Of a stretch of 64,000 nt of DNA, positions 18,849-26,952 are shown in pieces (position 1 is the stretch's first letter; the number at the start of each line of letters is the position of its first letter). The notes beneath the pieces are model-generated. The model worked only from the letters and a program-made list of their open reading frames with translations. It had not been told where the DNA came from and did no database searches. Source of the DNA: Thermoproteota archaeon (GTDB taxonomy: Archaea; Thermoproteota; Nitrososphaeria_A; Caldarchaeales; Calditenuaceae). The position numbers were made by a program, and so were the translations under genes. The stretch covers positions 92,602-156,601 of the forward strand of contig JAUQPU010000002.1 in assembly GCA_030550235.1 (NCBI GenBank). Reading direction: 5' to 3'.

Positions 18849-20051
18849 ATGAGCCTCTGTGTAGTGATGCTTAGCTGGGAGTTTCCCCCAAGAATCATAG
18901 GGGGACTTGCTGCTCACGTCCACGACCTCTCGATAGAGCTGAGTAGGAAGGGTGTTGAGGTTCATGTCCTAACACTCGACTTTCCGGGAGCCCCCGCGAT
19001 GGAGGTGGTGAATGGTGTGCACATTTACCGTGTGGACTCCTATAAGTACCCATCGCCAGACTTCGCATCATGGATAGCTATGATGAATGTTAACATGCTA
19101 GACTATGCCTGCAGTATCCTCAAAAACCAGCTAAAGGGGGACTTCATAATACATGCTCACGACTGGCTTGTAGCAAATGCCGCCATCGCTCTCAAACACA
19201 TCTTCAGAATGCCGCTAGTAGCCACCATACACTCTACAGAGTATGGTAGAAGGGGAGGAATACATGACGATTATCAGAGGATGATTGCGTCCACTGAGGC
19301 CTGGCTGACGAGGGAGGCTTGGAGGATAATCTGCTGTAGTAGGTACATGGCTGGGGAGGTGAACCGGGTTTTGGGGACGCCAATGGATAAGATTGACGTG
19401 ATTCCCAATGGTGTCTATCTAGAGAACTTCTCCTCAATAGGTGGTGCAGAGCTCCGTTCAATGTTCGCCTCTCCTGATGAGAGGCTCGTCCTCTATGTTG
19501 GCAGGCTTGTCCACGAGAAGGGTGTACAGCTTCTTGTCGAGGCGATGCCGAGAATCCTCCAGAGCGTAAATGCGAAATTAGTCATTGTTGGTGAGGGGTA
19601 CCTTAAGGAGTGGATTAAGAGGAGGGTGGAGGAGCTCGGTATCTCTCAGAAAGTATACGTCACAGGGTTCCTAGACATCAAGACCCTCAGAGGCCTCTAC
19701 TCTATTGCAGACGTCCTTGTTATGCCCTCCCTTTACGAGCCCTTCGGGATAGTAGCCCTCGAGGCAGCCGCCTCCAGACTCCCAATAGTCTCAACATGCG
19801 CCGGTGGGATTGGAGAAATAGTGAGTCACATGCACAGCTGCGTGAGCGTCTACCCCAACCCCGACTCGATAGCTTGGGGTGTAATCCAAGTACTATCTAA
19901 CCCATATCTGGCTGAGCATATCAAGAACAACGCCTACGAAAACGTCAAAAACAACTATGTCTGGGCTAAGATAGCCGAACAGACAGTGTCGGTCTATCAG
20001 CGTGTATTGAGTGAGTATCTCTCGTTAGGTGGCTGGAAGCCCCGTAGATAG
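18849..20051 (+). CDS. GT4 glycosyltransferase (glycogen synthase-like)
   Basis: WEFPPRIIGGL, HAHDW, HSTEYGR, VGRLVHEKG, PSLYEPFGIVALEA. Confidence 0.92.
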   Translation: MSLCVVMLSWEFPPRIIGGLAAHVHDLSIELSRKGVEVHVLTLDFPGAPAMEVVNGVHIYRVDSYKYPSPDFASWIAMMNVNMLDYACSILKNQLKGDFIIHAHDWLVANAAIALKHIFRMPLVATIHSTEYGRRGGIHDDYQRMIASTEAWLTREAWRIICCSRYMAGEVNRVLGTPMDKIDVIPNGVYLENFSSIGGAELRSMFASPDERLVLYVGRLVHEKGVQLLVEAMPRILQSVNAKLVIVGEGYLKEWIKRRVEELGISQKVYVTGFLDIKTLRGLYSIADVLVMPSLYEPFGIVALEAAASRLPIVSTCAGGIGEIVSHMHSCVSVYPNPDSIAWGVIQVLSNPYLAEHIKNNAYENVKNNYVWAKIAEQTVSVYQRVLSEYLSLGGWKPRR

Positions 20052-20100
20052 TCTCTACACCTATTACCTAGAGAAGTTTATATCCTATCGAGGATGATAA

Positions 20101-20481
20101 ATGGTTGTGGAGCGCCGTAGACCGGGCCCTCGGGGAGCCTCTAGAGGGCGCGGTACGGACATATTCGAGACGGTTGAGAGGATTGATTTTGTCGAGGGTT
20201 TTGGTGAGATTATCCGCTCAGCCCGCGAAAAGCTGGGTTTTACGCAGGAAGAGCTGGCGAGCCTCGTCCAGGAGAAGGTCTCAATAATAAAGAAGCTTGA
20301 GGCCGGCTCCTTTAGACCCCCCATAGAGCTGGCCAGGAACATCGAGAGGGTACTCAAAATTAAGATTGTCAGAGAGCTGAGGGACGAGGACATCCATATT
20401 ACGCCCCCTCGAACATCCGGGCGGGGAGTCACACTGGGTGACATCCTCTCCTTAAAGTCTGAGAAAGGGGAGGAAAAATAG
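20101..20481 (+). CDS. Multiprotein bridging factor aMBF1-like HTH protein lacking the Zn ribbon
   Basis: FGEIIRSAREKLGFTQEELA..EKVSIIKKLEAG..P, C-terminal TLGD; next to hflX. Confidence 0.85.
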   Translation: MVVERRRPGPRGASRGRGTDIFETVERIDFVEGFGEIIRSAREKLGFTQEELASLVQEKVSIIKKLEAGSFRPPIELARNIERVLKIKIVRELRDEDIHITPPRTSGRGVTLGDILSLKSEKGEEK

Positions 20482-20485
20482 GCTC

Positions 20486-20497
20486 CTTTTTTGTTTG
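20486..20497 (+). terminator. Oligo-T terminator after MBF1
   Basis: CTTTTTTGTTTG just after the stop codon. Confidence 0.45.
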
Positions 20498-20614
20498 ACA
20501 GCCTGAGTTGGGTGACAGGTTAAATACTCTGCCAGGCCCATTTTATATTAGAGCTGGGAAGGGTGGTGTGACTCGCGGGGCAGCGGGACTAAGGTCGCGA
20601 TAGTTCACAGATAC

Positions 20615-21847
20615 TTGCCTGGTGAGGAGCCTAACCTGGAGGAGCTGGCTGAGCTCTGTGAGACGGCGGGATACGAGGTTGTCTATCAGCTATCCCAGCA
20701 AAGACATCCCCACAGCCAGTACAACATCGGGCCTAGCAAGTTGAAGGAGCTTGCAGAAGCTGTTAAGAGGCTGGGAATAGAGAAGATAATCTTTGAGAAC
20801 GAGCTGAAACCCCTCCAAGAGTATAACCTGGCCAAGGCGCTGGGCGTTGAGATGATTGACAGGACCCGGCTGATCTTGGAGATCTTTACACTCCATGCGT
20901 CGAGCCTAGAGGCTAAGCTTGAGATTAAATTGGCTGAGCTGAGGTATGAGCTGCCTAGGGCCAAGGAGAAGGTGAGGCTTGCGAAGAGGGGTGAGCAGCC
21001 GGGCTTCCATGGACTAGGCGCCTACGAGGCCGACGTATACTATGAGGAGATAAGTAGAAGGATTCAGAAGATTCAGAAGAAGCTCGACGAGATAAAGAGG
21101 AAGAAGGTCATCTCCATCAGGAGGACAAGGCTAGAGGGCATACCCACAATAGCGCTTGCAGGCTACACCAACTCCGGCAAATCAACACTCTTCAGGAGAC
21201 TCACAGGATACCCCGCCGAGGTATCAAACAAGCTCTTCACAACACTATCAACCAAGAAGCGAATCACGAGGATCTTGGGAAAGCCCGTATACATCTCTGA
21301 CACTGTAGGGTTCATCAAGAATGTCCCAGCTATGCTTGTCTCAGCCTTCATGTCGACTCTGATGGAGGTTGTTGAGTCAGACCTTGTGTTGCTGCTCGTC
21401 GACGGCGCCCTACCCATGCCTGAGGTTAGACAGAGGCTGAACGTCACCCTGTCAACGCTTAGGCAGATAGGTGTTGTGAACAAGCCCATCATACTGGTAT
21501 TCAACAAGGCCGACCTAATAATGCCGGAGAAACGCGACAAGCTTATCGAGATGGTGAATGGTGCTTTCCCGGCAGTTGTTGTGTCTGCAAAGACTGGGGA
21601 GAACATAGACTTACTCGAGAAGACAATAGACTCCATGCTCTCCGGCTTCGTGAAATTCACCGCAAAGATACCCCTCGAAGAGGCTACCCCACTACTCCTA
21701 AGCCAGCTGCGGGAAAGAGGCATGGTGGAGTCAATGACTTATCATGACGGCTTCCTCGAGGTCACAGCCACGACACCAGCCCAGCTCGCAGAGAGAATAA
21801 AGGCCCTTACCTGGAACGGCGGAAGCTTCCAGCTGAGCGAGACTTAA
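20615..21847 (+). CDS. hflX: GTPase HflX (start uncertain)
   Basis: IDRTRLILEIF, GYTNSGKSTL, LFTTL, DTVGF, NKAD, VSAKTG. Confidence 0.93.
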   Translation: MPGEEPNLEELAELCETAGYEVVYQLSQQRHPHSQYNIGPSKLKELAEAVKRLGIEKIIFENELKPLQEYNLAKALGVEMIDRTRLILEIFTLHASSLEAKLEIKLAELRYELPRAKEKVRLAKRGEQPGFHGLGAYEADVYYEEISRRIQKIQKKLDEIKRKKVISIRRTRLEGIPTIALAGYTNSGKSTLFRRLTGYPAEVSNKLFTTLSTKKRITRILGKPVYISDTVGFIKNVPAMLVSAFMSTLMEVVESDLVLLLVDGALPMPEVRQRLNVTLSTLRQIGVVNKPIILVFNKADLIMPEKRDKLIEMVNGAFPAVVVSAKTGENIDLLEKTIDSMLSGFVKFTAKIPLEEATPLLLSQLRERGMVESMTYHDGFLEVTATTPAQLAERIKALTWNGGSFQLSET

Positions 21848-21872
21848 TATACGTGGCCCGCATAACTTGGAC

Positions 21873-22034
21873 ATGATGCTTAGAAGGGATGATCTAGGCA
21901 TTAGAGGGCTGCAGGGGCCGAGCACAATCATGCCCTCAGATATTGAGCGCCTCGTCCGCGAAGTGATAATGCTGAAGGAGGAGGTTAAGAAGATACGGAA
22001 GGCGCTCGAGGATCATGGAATCAAAGTAGACTAG
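21873..22034 (+). CDS. 53-aa hypothetical protein with coiled coil
   Basis: MMLRRDDLGIRGLQGPSTIMPSDIERLVREVIMLKEEVKKIRKALEDHGIKVD; fills the gap; TTAATATA upstream. Confidence 0.6.
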   Translation: MMLRRDDLGIRGLQGPSTIMPSDIERLVREVIMLKEEVKKIRKALEDHGIKVD

Positions 22035-22581
22035 GCAGGTCCCTATATACGGCCATTATCAGTGGGATGAGCCTCCTCGTCAGGGCCTCAAGAGCGGCCA
22101 CTTCAGCCCTGCACCTATCTACAGCTAGAGCGGCCTCCTTTCGGGATAACACAACTCTCCCGCTCTGTGTCTGAGAGGCTCTAGACGTCTTTAGTATGGG
22201 GCTGATGGGGACTCTAAAGAATTTACATATCTCGTAGAGGCTGTTGCTGCGTAGCCTCATATGCTCTGACGCCAGTCTCTCTAGGTCTATGTGTCTAGCG
22301 GAGTATAGTGGGGATGGGTCTATACCATGTACAAGCATTTTGGCTGTTAGGAATGGAACTAGAAGATTGGTGCCACCCCAGCTTACATAGATGTGGCTCC
22401 TCCTCAATACCTTTTCCACAGCTAGAATGGCCGCCTTCTCGCCACCTCTACACTCTATAACCCTGATACTCCTTCTCCCGCCCCCCAGCTCCATATATCC
22501 GGCGCAAATCAACCGCCCGGTGTCTGGGCTATGTGCTGTCGCCTGCAGGGTCAGGATATGGGTAATTGGTCTAAGCCTCAA
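22021..22581 (-). CDS. RNase H-like (YprB/DEDD-type) domain protein, catalytic residues degenerate
   Basis: YVSWGG..LVPFL, HIDL, SLYEICKFF pattern of the RNase_H_2 family without the Exo I/II acidic residues. Confidence 0.6.
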   Translation of the reverse strand: MRLRPITHILTLQATAHSPDTGRLICAGYMELGGGRRSIRVIECRGGEKAAILAVEKVLRRSHIYVSWGGTNLLVPFLTAKMLVHGIDPSPLYSARHIDLERLASEHMRLRSNSLYEICKFFRVPISPILKTSRASQTQSGRVVLSRKEAALAVDRCRAEVAALEALTRRLIPLIMAVYRDLPSLL

Positions 22582-22598
22582 GCCATAATTACTATAGC

Positions 22599-23516
22599 CT
22601 AATCCATTACTTTTAGCTTCGCGTAGGTATTCTGCGGGGCCATTCCTTTGAACTCTTCGGGGTGTATAATCTCCGCGAGTATGGAGATGCCTTTCATCAC
22701 GCTGGGCCCGTGGCGGCTGAAGTAGATTGAGGCGCTGACGGCGTAGACCTCATCCTTCATGTAGGCTGGCGTCTCCCTAATCCAGTCTTGGGCTATAAGC
22801 TCTCCGGCATCCCGGTAAGCCTCGGAAAGACCGTATCCGCAGGGTCCGCATACTATTATCTCGGGTGAAAACCTCAGGATTTCCTCTGGCATGACGCGCC
22901 TGCTCGGCTTCCCCTTCTCTCCAAAGTCAATCCCCCCTGCAATCTCAACCATCTCAGGTACCCAGTGGCCTGAGCAATAGGGAGGATCGCACCATTCCAT
23001 GAAGAAGGTCCTCTTCCTCTCTAACCCTCTAGCCTTCTCGGCAACCCGTCTTATCTCCGCTCTGAGACGCTCAACCAGCTCTCCAGCCTCCTCTCTCCTT
23101 CCGATAGCCTCGCCAACTCTCAGAACATCGCCCAGAACATCACCAATACTATGTGGATGGAGTGTCAAAACCTTAGAACCGGGGCGCAGCCTGCTAACTG
23201 CCTCCTCGACACTGCCCGGCATAACCGCACATACTTCACAGAGCCCTTGAGAGACGATGAGGTCGGGCCTAAGCCTGTATAAAAGTTCTGTGTCAATGAT
23301 GTAGAGCTGCTCGCCTCTCCTGTAATGCTCTGATACAAGCCTATCAATCTCCCGCGAAACCAGCCCAGCCGTATTGATTTTGGGTTTGACTACGATGGGC
23401 TTTGTCTTGGCCTCGGGAGGATGGTCGCAGGCGTAAGTCACGCCTACCACCTCATCACCGGCACCTAGGGTGTAGAGAATCTCCGTGGCGCTCGGCACGA
23501 GAGAGACTATCCTCAC
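22599..23516 (-). CDS. BtuF-like cobalamin/iron-siderophore binding protein, no signal peptide
   Basis: MRIVSLVPSATE, GVTYACDHP, LCEVCAV, GHWVPEMVEIAGG, FSRHGP. Confidence 0.85.
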   Translation of the reverse strand: MRIVSLVPSATEILYTLGAGDEVVGVTYACDHPPEAKTKPIVVKPKINTAGLVSREIDRLVSEHYRRGEQLYIIDTELLYRLRPDLIVSQGLCEVCAVMPGSVEEAVSRLRPGSKVLTLHPHSIGDVLGDVLRVGEAIGRREEAGELVERLRAEIRRVAEKARGLERKRTFFMEWCDPPYCSGHWVPEMVEIAGGIDFGEKGKPSRRVMPEEILRFSPEIIVCGPCGYGLSEAYRDAGELIAQDWIRETPAYMKDEVYAVSASIYFSRHGPSVMKGISILAEIIHPEEFKGMAPQNTYAKLKVMD

Positions 23517-23633
23517 GAACTAATTGGCATCAAAACTCCCTTTTATCCCTTTATAATTTATCCATTATTGCATAAAGCAGCATGTGGCGCGTTGAAATGA
23601 CTTTAAATAAAACACCAATAGCAAATACTATGC

Positions 23634-24065
23634 GTGGATGCTGACGACTTTGAGCTGGAGCGTATTAAGGCGCGAAAGATGAGAGAGCTATTGTCAGGTG
23701 TCAAAAATCCTAAGCAGGGCGTCGCGGATAATGTCAATTTCCCGAGCATGCCGGTCGAGGTGAGTGACATGGATTTCGACCAGTTCGTAAACAAGTACCC
23801 CCTCGTCGTTGTGGACTTCTGGGCTGAGTGGTGTGCTCCATGTAGGTTCATGACGCCGGTGATAAAGGAGCTTGCCGCGGAGATGGCTGGAAAGGTTGTC
23901 TTCGGAAAACTTAACGTGGACTATAACCCCAGGACTGCAGCCAAGTATGGGATAATGAGCATACCCACCTTCATGGTGTTCAAGGATGGGAAACCGGTTG
24001 ACGCCCTGGTGGGGGCGATGCCCAAGCAAAGGCTCAAGGCCCTAATTATGCAGTATGTATCGTAG
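23634..24065 (+). CDS. trxA: Thioredoxin
   Basis: VDFWAEWCAPC, SIPT. Confidence 0.93.
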   Translation: MDADDFELERIKARKMRELLSGVKNPKQGVADNVNFPSMPVEVSDMDFDQFVNKYPLVVVDFWAEWCAPCRFMTPVIKELAAEMAGKVVFGKLNVDYNPRTAAKYGIMSIPTFMVFKDGKPVDALVGAMPKQRLKALIMQYVS

Positions 24066-24126
24066 GGTCGGCTGGCGGCACTAGCTTTATTATTGGACTA
24101 TAAGGTTATCTTCATAGATTAGACTA

Positions 24127-25053
24127 ATGGGGTTGTTATCCTATCGCGGAGCTGTCGCCGAGTATTTGGATTCGCGGAGGAGGGAGCTTGAGTCTTGGAT
24201 CGATATGCGGGTTAGCCGAAGTCCCGATAGGCTGGTTTTGGAGAGGGCTATTTATGGCGGCAAGAGGCTGAGGCCTGTCTTTCTTCTCTTGGTCTTCGAG
24301 TCGCTGGGTGGGGGTGATAGAGAGTCGGCTCTCGATGTGGCTTTCGCATTAGAGCTGGCCCATGCAGCCAGCCTAGTACATGACGATATTATCGACTGGG
24401 ATGATCTTAGGAGAGGGAAGCCGGCCCTCTGGAGGCAGGTGGGGATCAGTAGAGCAGTCGTTGAGGGCCATAGAATTATCAACTTGGCCTTCAAGACAGT
24501 TCTCGAGAAGGGGCTTGAGATCTCCCGAATCTTTCTCGAGGCTTGGGATAGGGCTTCGCTCGGCGTATTGGAGGAAATACTCTCAACAACTCCCCCCTCC
24601 AAGCTACTATATCTGAGAATCATCGAGAATAAGACCGCCTCCCTCTTCGCAGCTGCAGCCGAATCTGCAGCGATATTGGCCGGCGCGCCCGATAGTGTCC
24701 GCATGCTCGTTAAAGATTATGGTCGGTGTGTAGGCATCATATATCAGCTGGGGGATGATTATGGAGAGATGCTCTCAGGTAGTGGTCTTGTGAGGCTGAT
24801 GCGTGGGCTCGGGAGGATCGAGGAGCTGATTAGGCAGGGATACTTCGCCCTCAAGAGCGGGCGCATCCGCGAGCTCATAAGTATCTGGAGAGCCCTCAGG
24901 GGCTTCCAAGGATATCTGCCGGAGATCCTAAAGGAGACTCTAAGCAAGATCGATAACCTTATAGAAAAGATGCCGGTCGAGGATCATTATAAGGAGATTT
25001 TGCGGGATTTTCCCAGATATTGTTTTCTCCAGATGGTCAGGCCAAATAGATAG
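24127..25053 (+). CDS. Polyprenyl diphosphate synthase (hexaprenyl-PP synthase-like)
   Basis: GGKRLRP, HAASLVHDDIIDWDDLRRG, KTASLF, YQLGDD. Confidence 0.88.
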   Translation: MGLLSYRGAVAEYLDSRRRELESWIDMRVSRSPDRLVLERAIYGGKRLRPVFLLLVFESLGGGDRESALDVAFALELAHAASLVHDDIIDWDDLRRGKPALWRQVGISRAVVEGHRIINLAFKTVLEKGLEISRIFLEAWDRASLGVLEEILSTTPPSKLLYLRIIENKTASLFAAAAESAAILAGAPDSVRMLVKDYGRCVGIIYQLGDDYGEMLSGSGLVRLMRGLGRIEELIRQGYFALKSGRIRELISIWRALRGFQGYLPEILKETLSKIDNLIEKMPVEDHYKEILRDFPRYCFLQMVRPNR

Positions 25054-25126
25054 GCCAGACAAGGATGTTGTGGGATAGGTGTATGGTTGTGCGGCTTATA
25101 TGCTGCCGTGCCTTAGCTAGAGATGG

Positions 25127-25264
25127 ATGGACACTGGGTCGAGAATGGTGTGCGCCCGCTGCGGGACGGGTGTGAAGCGCCTCAACATATATCGCGGAGA
25201 AATGCTCTGCGACGAATGTTACTCGAAGATGGTTGGCGGCTCAGAGGAGAGTTGTAGACACTAG
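25127..25264 (+). CDS. 45-aa CxxC-x15-CxxC zinc-finger microprotein
   Basis: MDTGSRMVCARCGTGVKRLNIYRGEMLCDECYSKMVGGSEESCRH; TTATAT ~30 bp upstream. Confidence 0.7.
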   Translation: MDTGSRMVCARCGTGVKRLNIYRGEMLCDECYSKMVGGSEESCRH

Positions 25265-25677
25265 CTCCGGCGCCTACTAGGTAAACCATCTGTGTGGACG
25301 ACCTTTTCAATCCGCATGAGTGGATAATCCAGCTCCTCAACCCAACTCATCCTCCCCCACACCCTACTCCCCCCATACCTAACTACTACGCTTACCTCAA
25401 GGCTTCTCGGGTCTATACGCCCATATCTATAAACCTGCTTCCCAATGCGCAGCCCTTTGACCCTCAACTCGACCTTCTCCCTAAAAGGCTGCGACGCCAA
25501 CCCCCTACCCAGCTCGTCAAGTAGTCTATGGATTGACGCCCTCCTTCTTGGCAGGGGGAGGCCGAGGAGATAGTGGTAGGCTGTGGCTAGGGCTATTCCT
25601 GCCTCAAAGGCCGCTCTCTCCGAGTCGCTCAGCCCTCTATAGAAGTATTTCCTACCCGGGTCATTTACTCTTCTCAA
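25261..25677 (-). CDS. mptD: Archaeal dihydroneopterin aldolase family protein
   Basis: SERAAFEAGIALATAYH, SQPF, YPLM motifs. Confidence 0.78.
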   Translation of the reverse strand: MRRVNDPGRKYFYRGLSDSERAAFEAGIALATAYHYLLGLPLPRRRASIHRLLDELGRGLASQPFREKVELRVKGLRIGKQVYRYGRIDPRSLEVSVVVRYGGSRVWGRMSWVEELDYPLMRIEKVVHTDGLPSRRRS

Positions 25678-25774
25678 CTCAGCTCTATGGGTTATCCTGC
25701 ACAGGTGTTAAAAGTCCTTCCCCCAACCCTCGTTGGGTAGACTATGAATAGGAGAGGAAGGCATTCATTAGCCT

Positions 25775-26746
25775 GTGGCAGGTATGGCTGTGGCTAAGGC
25801 CTACACGATGCAGGCCCTCGTAAAATATCACGGGCTTAGAGATTGGAGTCTGAGGCTCCCATTCCACGATAGCATATCCGTCAACACAGACGTCGCATAT
25901 ACGACTGCGAGGGTCTCATTCGGCCCCTACGGGAGGGATGCCGTGATCTCAGGAGGAGTTGAGCTTGAGGGACGTCCAAAGGAGCGCGTCATAGCTGTGA
26001 TTAATAGGGTGAGGATGCTGGCAGGCATCGATGATAAGTGCTTAGTGGAGACAGAGAACCGGCCGAAGATAAGGGCTAAGGGGATGGGCTTCTCCTCCTC
26101 CGCAGGGGCAGCAATAGCGGCGGCAGCCTACAAGGCAGCCTCACTAGATAAAAAATTCGGATGGGACCTAAAGCTCCTTTCTAGGATTGCGAGGATCCTA
26201 GCTGGCTCTGCCTGCCGCTCGGTTGTAGGCGCATACGCAAAGTGGCTGGCTGGAACAAGCGATGAGGACAGCTACGCCGTCAGGATTGGAGACGCCTCAG
26301 ACCTCGACATAAGATACGTCATCGTACCTCTCTGGCTAGACGTCTCAACAGAGACCGCGCATAGGGAGGCCGAGACCTCCCCATTCCTCCAAGCGAGAAT
26401 AGAGTCGGCTAATAAGAGATGCTTAGAGCTGGAGAGGGCTATTAAGGATGGGGATTTCAAGAAGTTCGGCACGCTGGTGGAGAGAGACTCACTCGAGCTA
26501 CACGCAGTAACAATGACTGGCGAATATGGGACAATACTTACAACGCCTGAATGCCTAAGAGTAATAGACATTGTCAAAAAGCTTCGAAGTAGAGGCGTAC
26601 CTGCTTACTTCTCAATGCAGACTGGCCCAACAGTCTATGTAAACACTCTCCCAGAACATGTCGAGGTAGTTGAAGGAGAGCTGCGCAGCCAGGGCTTCCA
26701 AGTGCTGGTGTCGGGTATCGGTGGAGGAGTGGAGGTCTTAGAGTGA
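25775..26746 (+). CDS. mvaD: (Di)phosphomevalonate decarboxylase, GHMP family
   Basis: ALVKYHG, LPFHDSISV, GFSSSAGAA, GSACRS, MQTGPTV. Confidence 0.88.
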   Translation: MAGMAVAKAYTMQALVKYHGLRDWSLRLPFHDSISVNTDVAYTTARVSFGPYGRDAVISGGVELEGRPKERVIAVINRVRMLAGIDDKCLVETENRPKIRAKGMGFSSSAGAAIAAAAYKAASLDKKFGWDLKLLSRIARILAGSACRSVVGAYAKWLAGTSDEDSYAVRIGDASDLDIRYVIVPLWLDVSTETAHREAETSPFLQARIESANKRCLELERAIKDGDFKKFGTLVERDSLELHAVTMTGEYGTILTTPECLRVIDIVKKLRSRGVPAYFSMQTGPTVYVNTLPEHVEVVEGELRSQGFQVLVSGIGGGVEVLE

Positions 26747-26784
26747 AAAGCATAGATTAAAAAGTAAATGTTATGCAGGAATGT

Positions 26785-26952
26785 ATGATGGGCGAGGTAA
26801 CTGTTAAGGAGGAAGACGTACCATTCTTTGCAGAAGTCACGGCGGGTGGTCGTATCACTATCCCAGAGGAGATCAGAAAGATCTTTGACATAAAGGACGG
26901 GGACTATCTTCTCTGCCGGATAAAGATTGTGAAGAGGAGGAGTAGAGACTAG
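26785..26952 (+). CDS. Solo AbrB/MazE-family DNA-binding protein
   Basis: Hand translation: MMGEVTVKEEDVPFFAEVTAGGRITIPEEIRKIFDIKDGDYLLCRIKIVKRRSRD. Confidence 0.88.
   Translation: MMGEVTVKEEDVPFFAEVTAGGRITIPEEIRKIFDIKDGDYLLCRIKIVKRRSRD

Noticed and set aside
25700-25775. Hairpins CCCAAC/GTTGGG and ATGAAT/ATTCAT and a 17-codon uORF before mvaD
   Set aside because: Six-bp stems and tiny ORFs are expected by chance; the region is explained by divergent promoters
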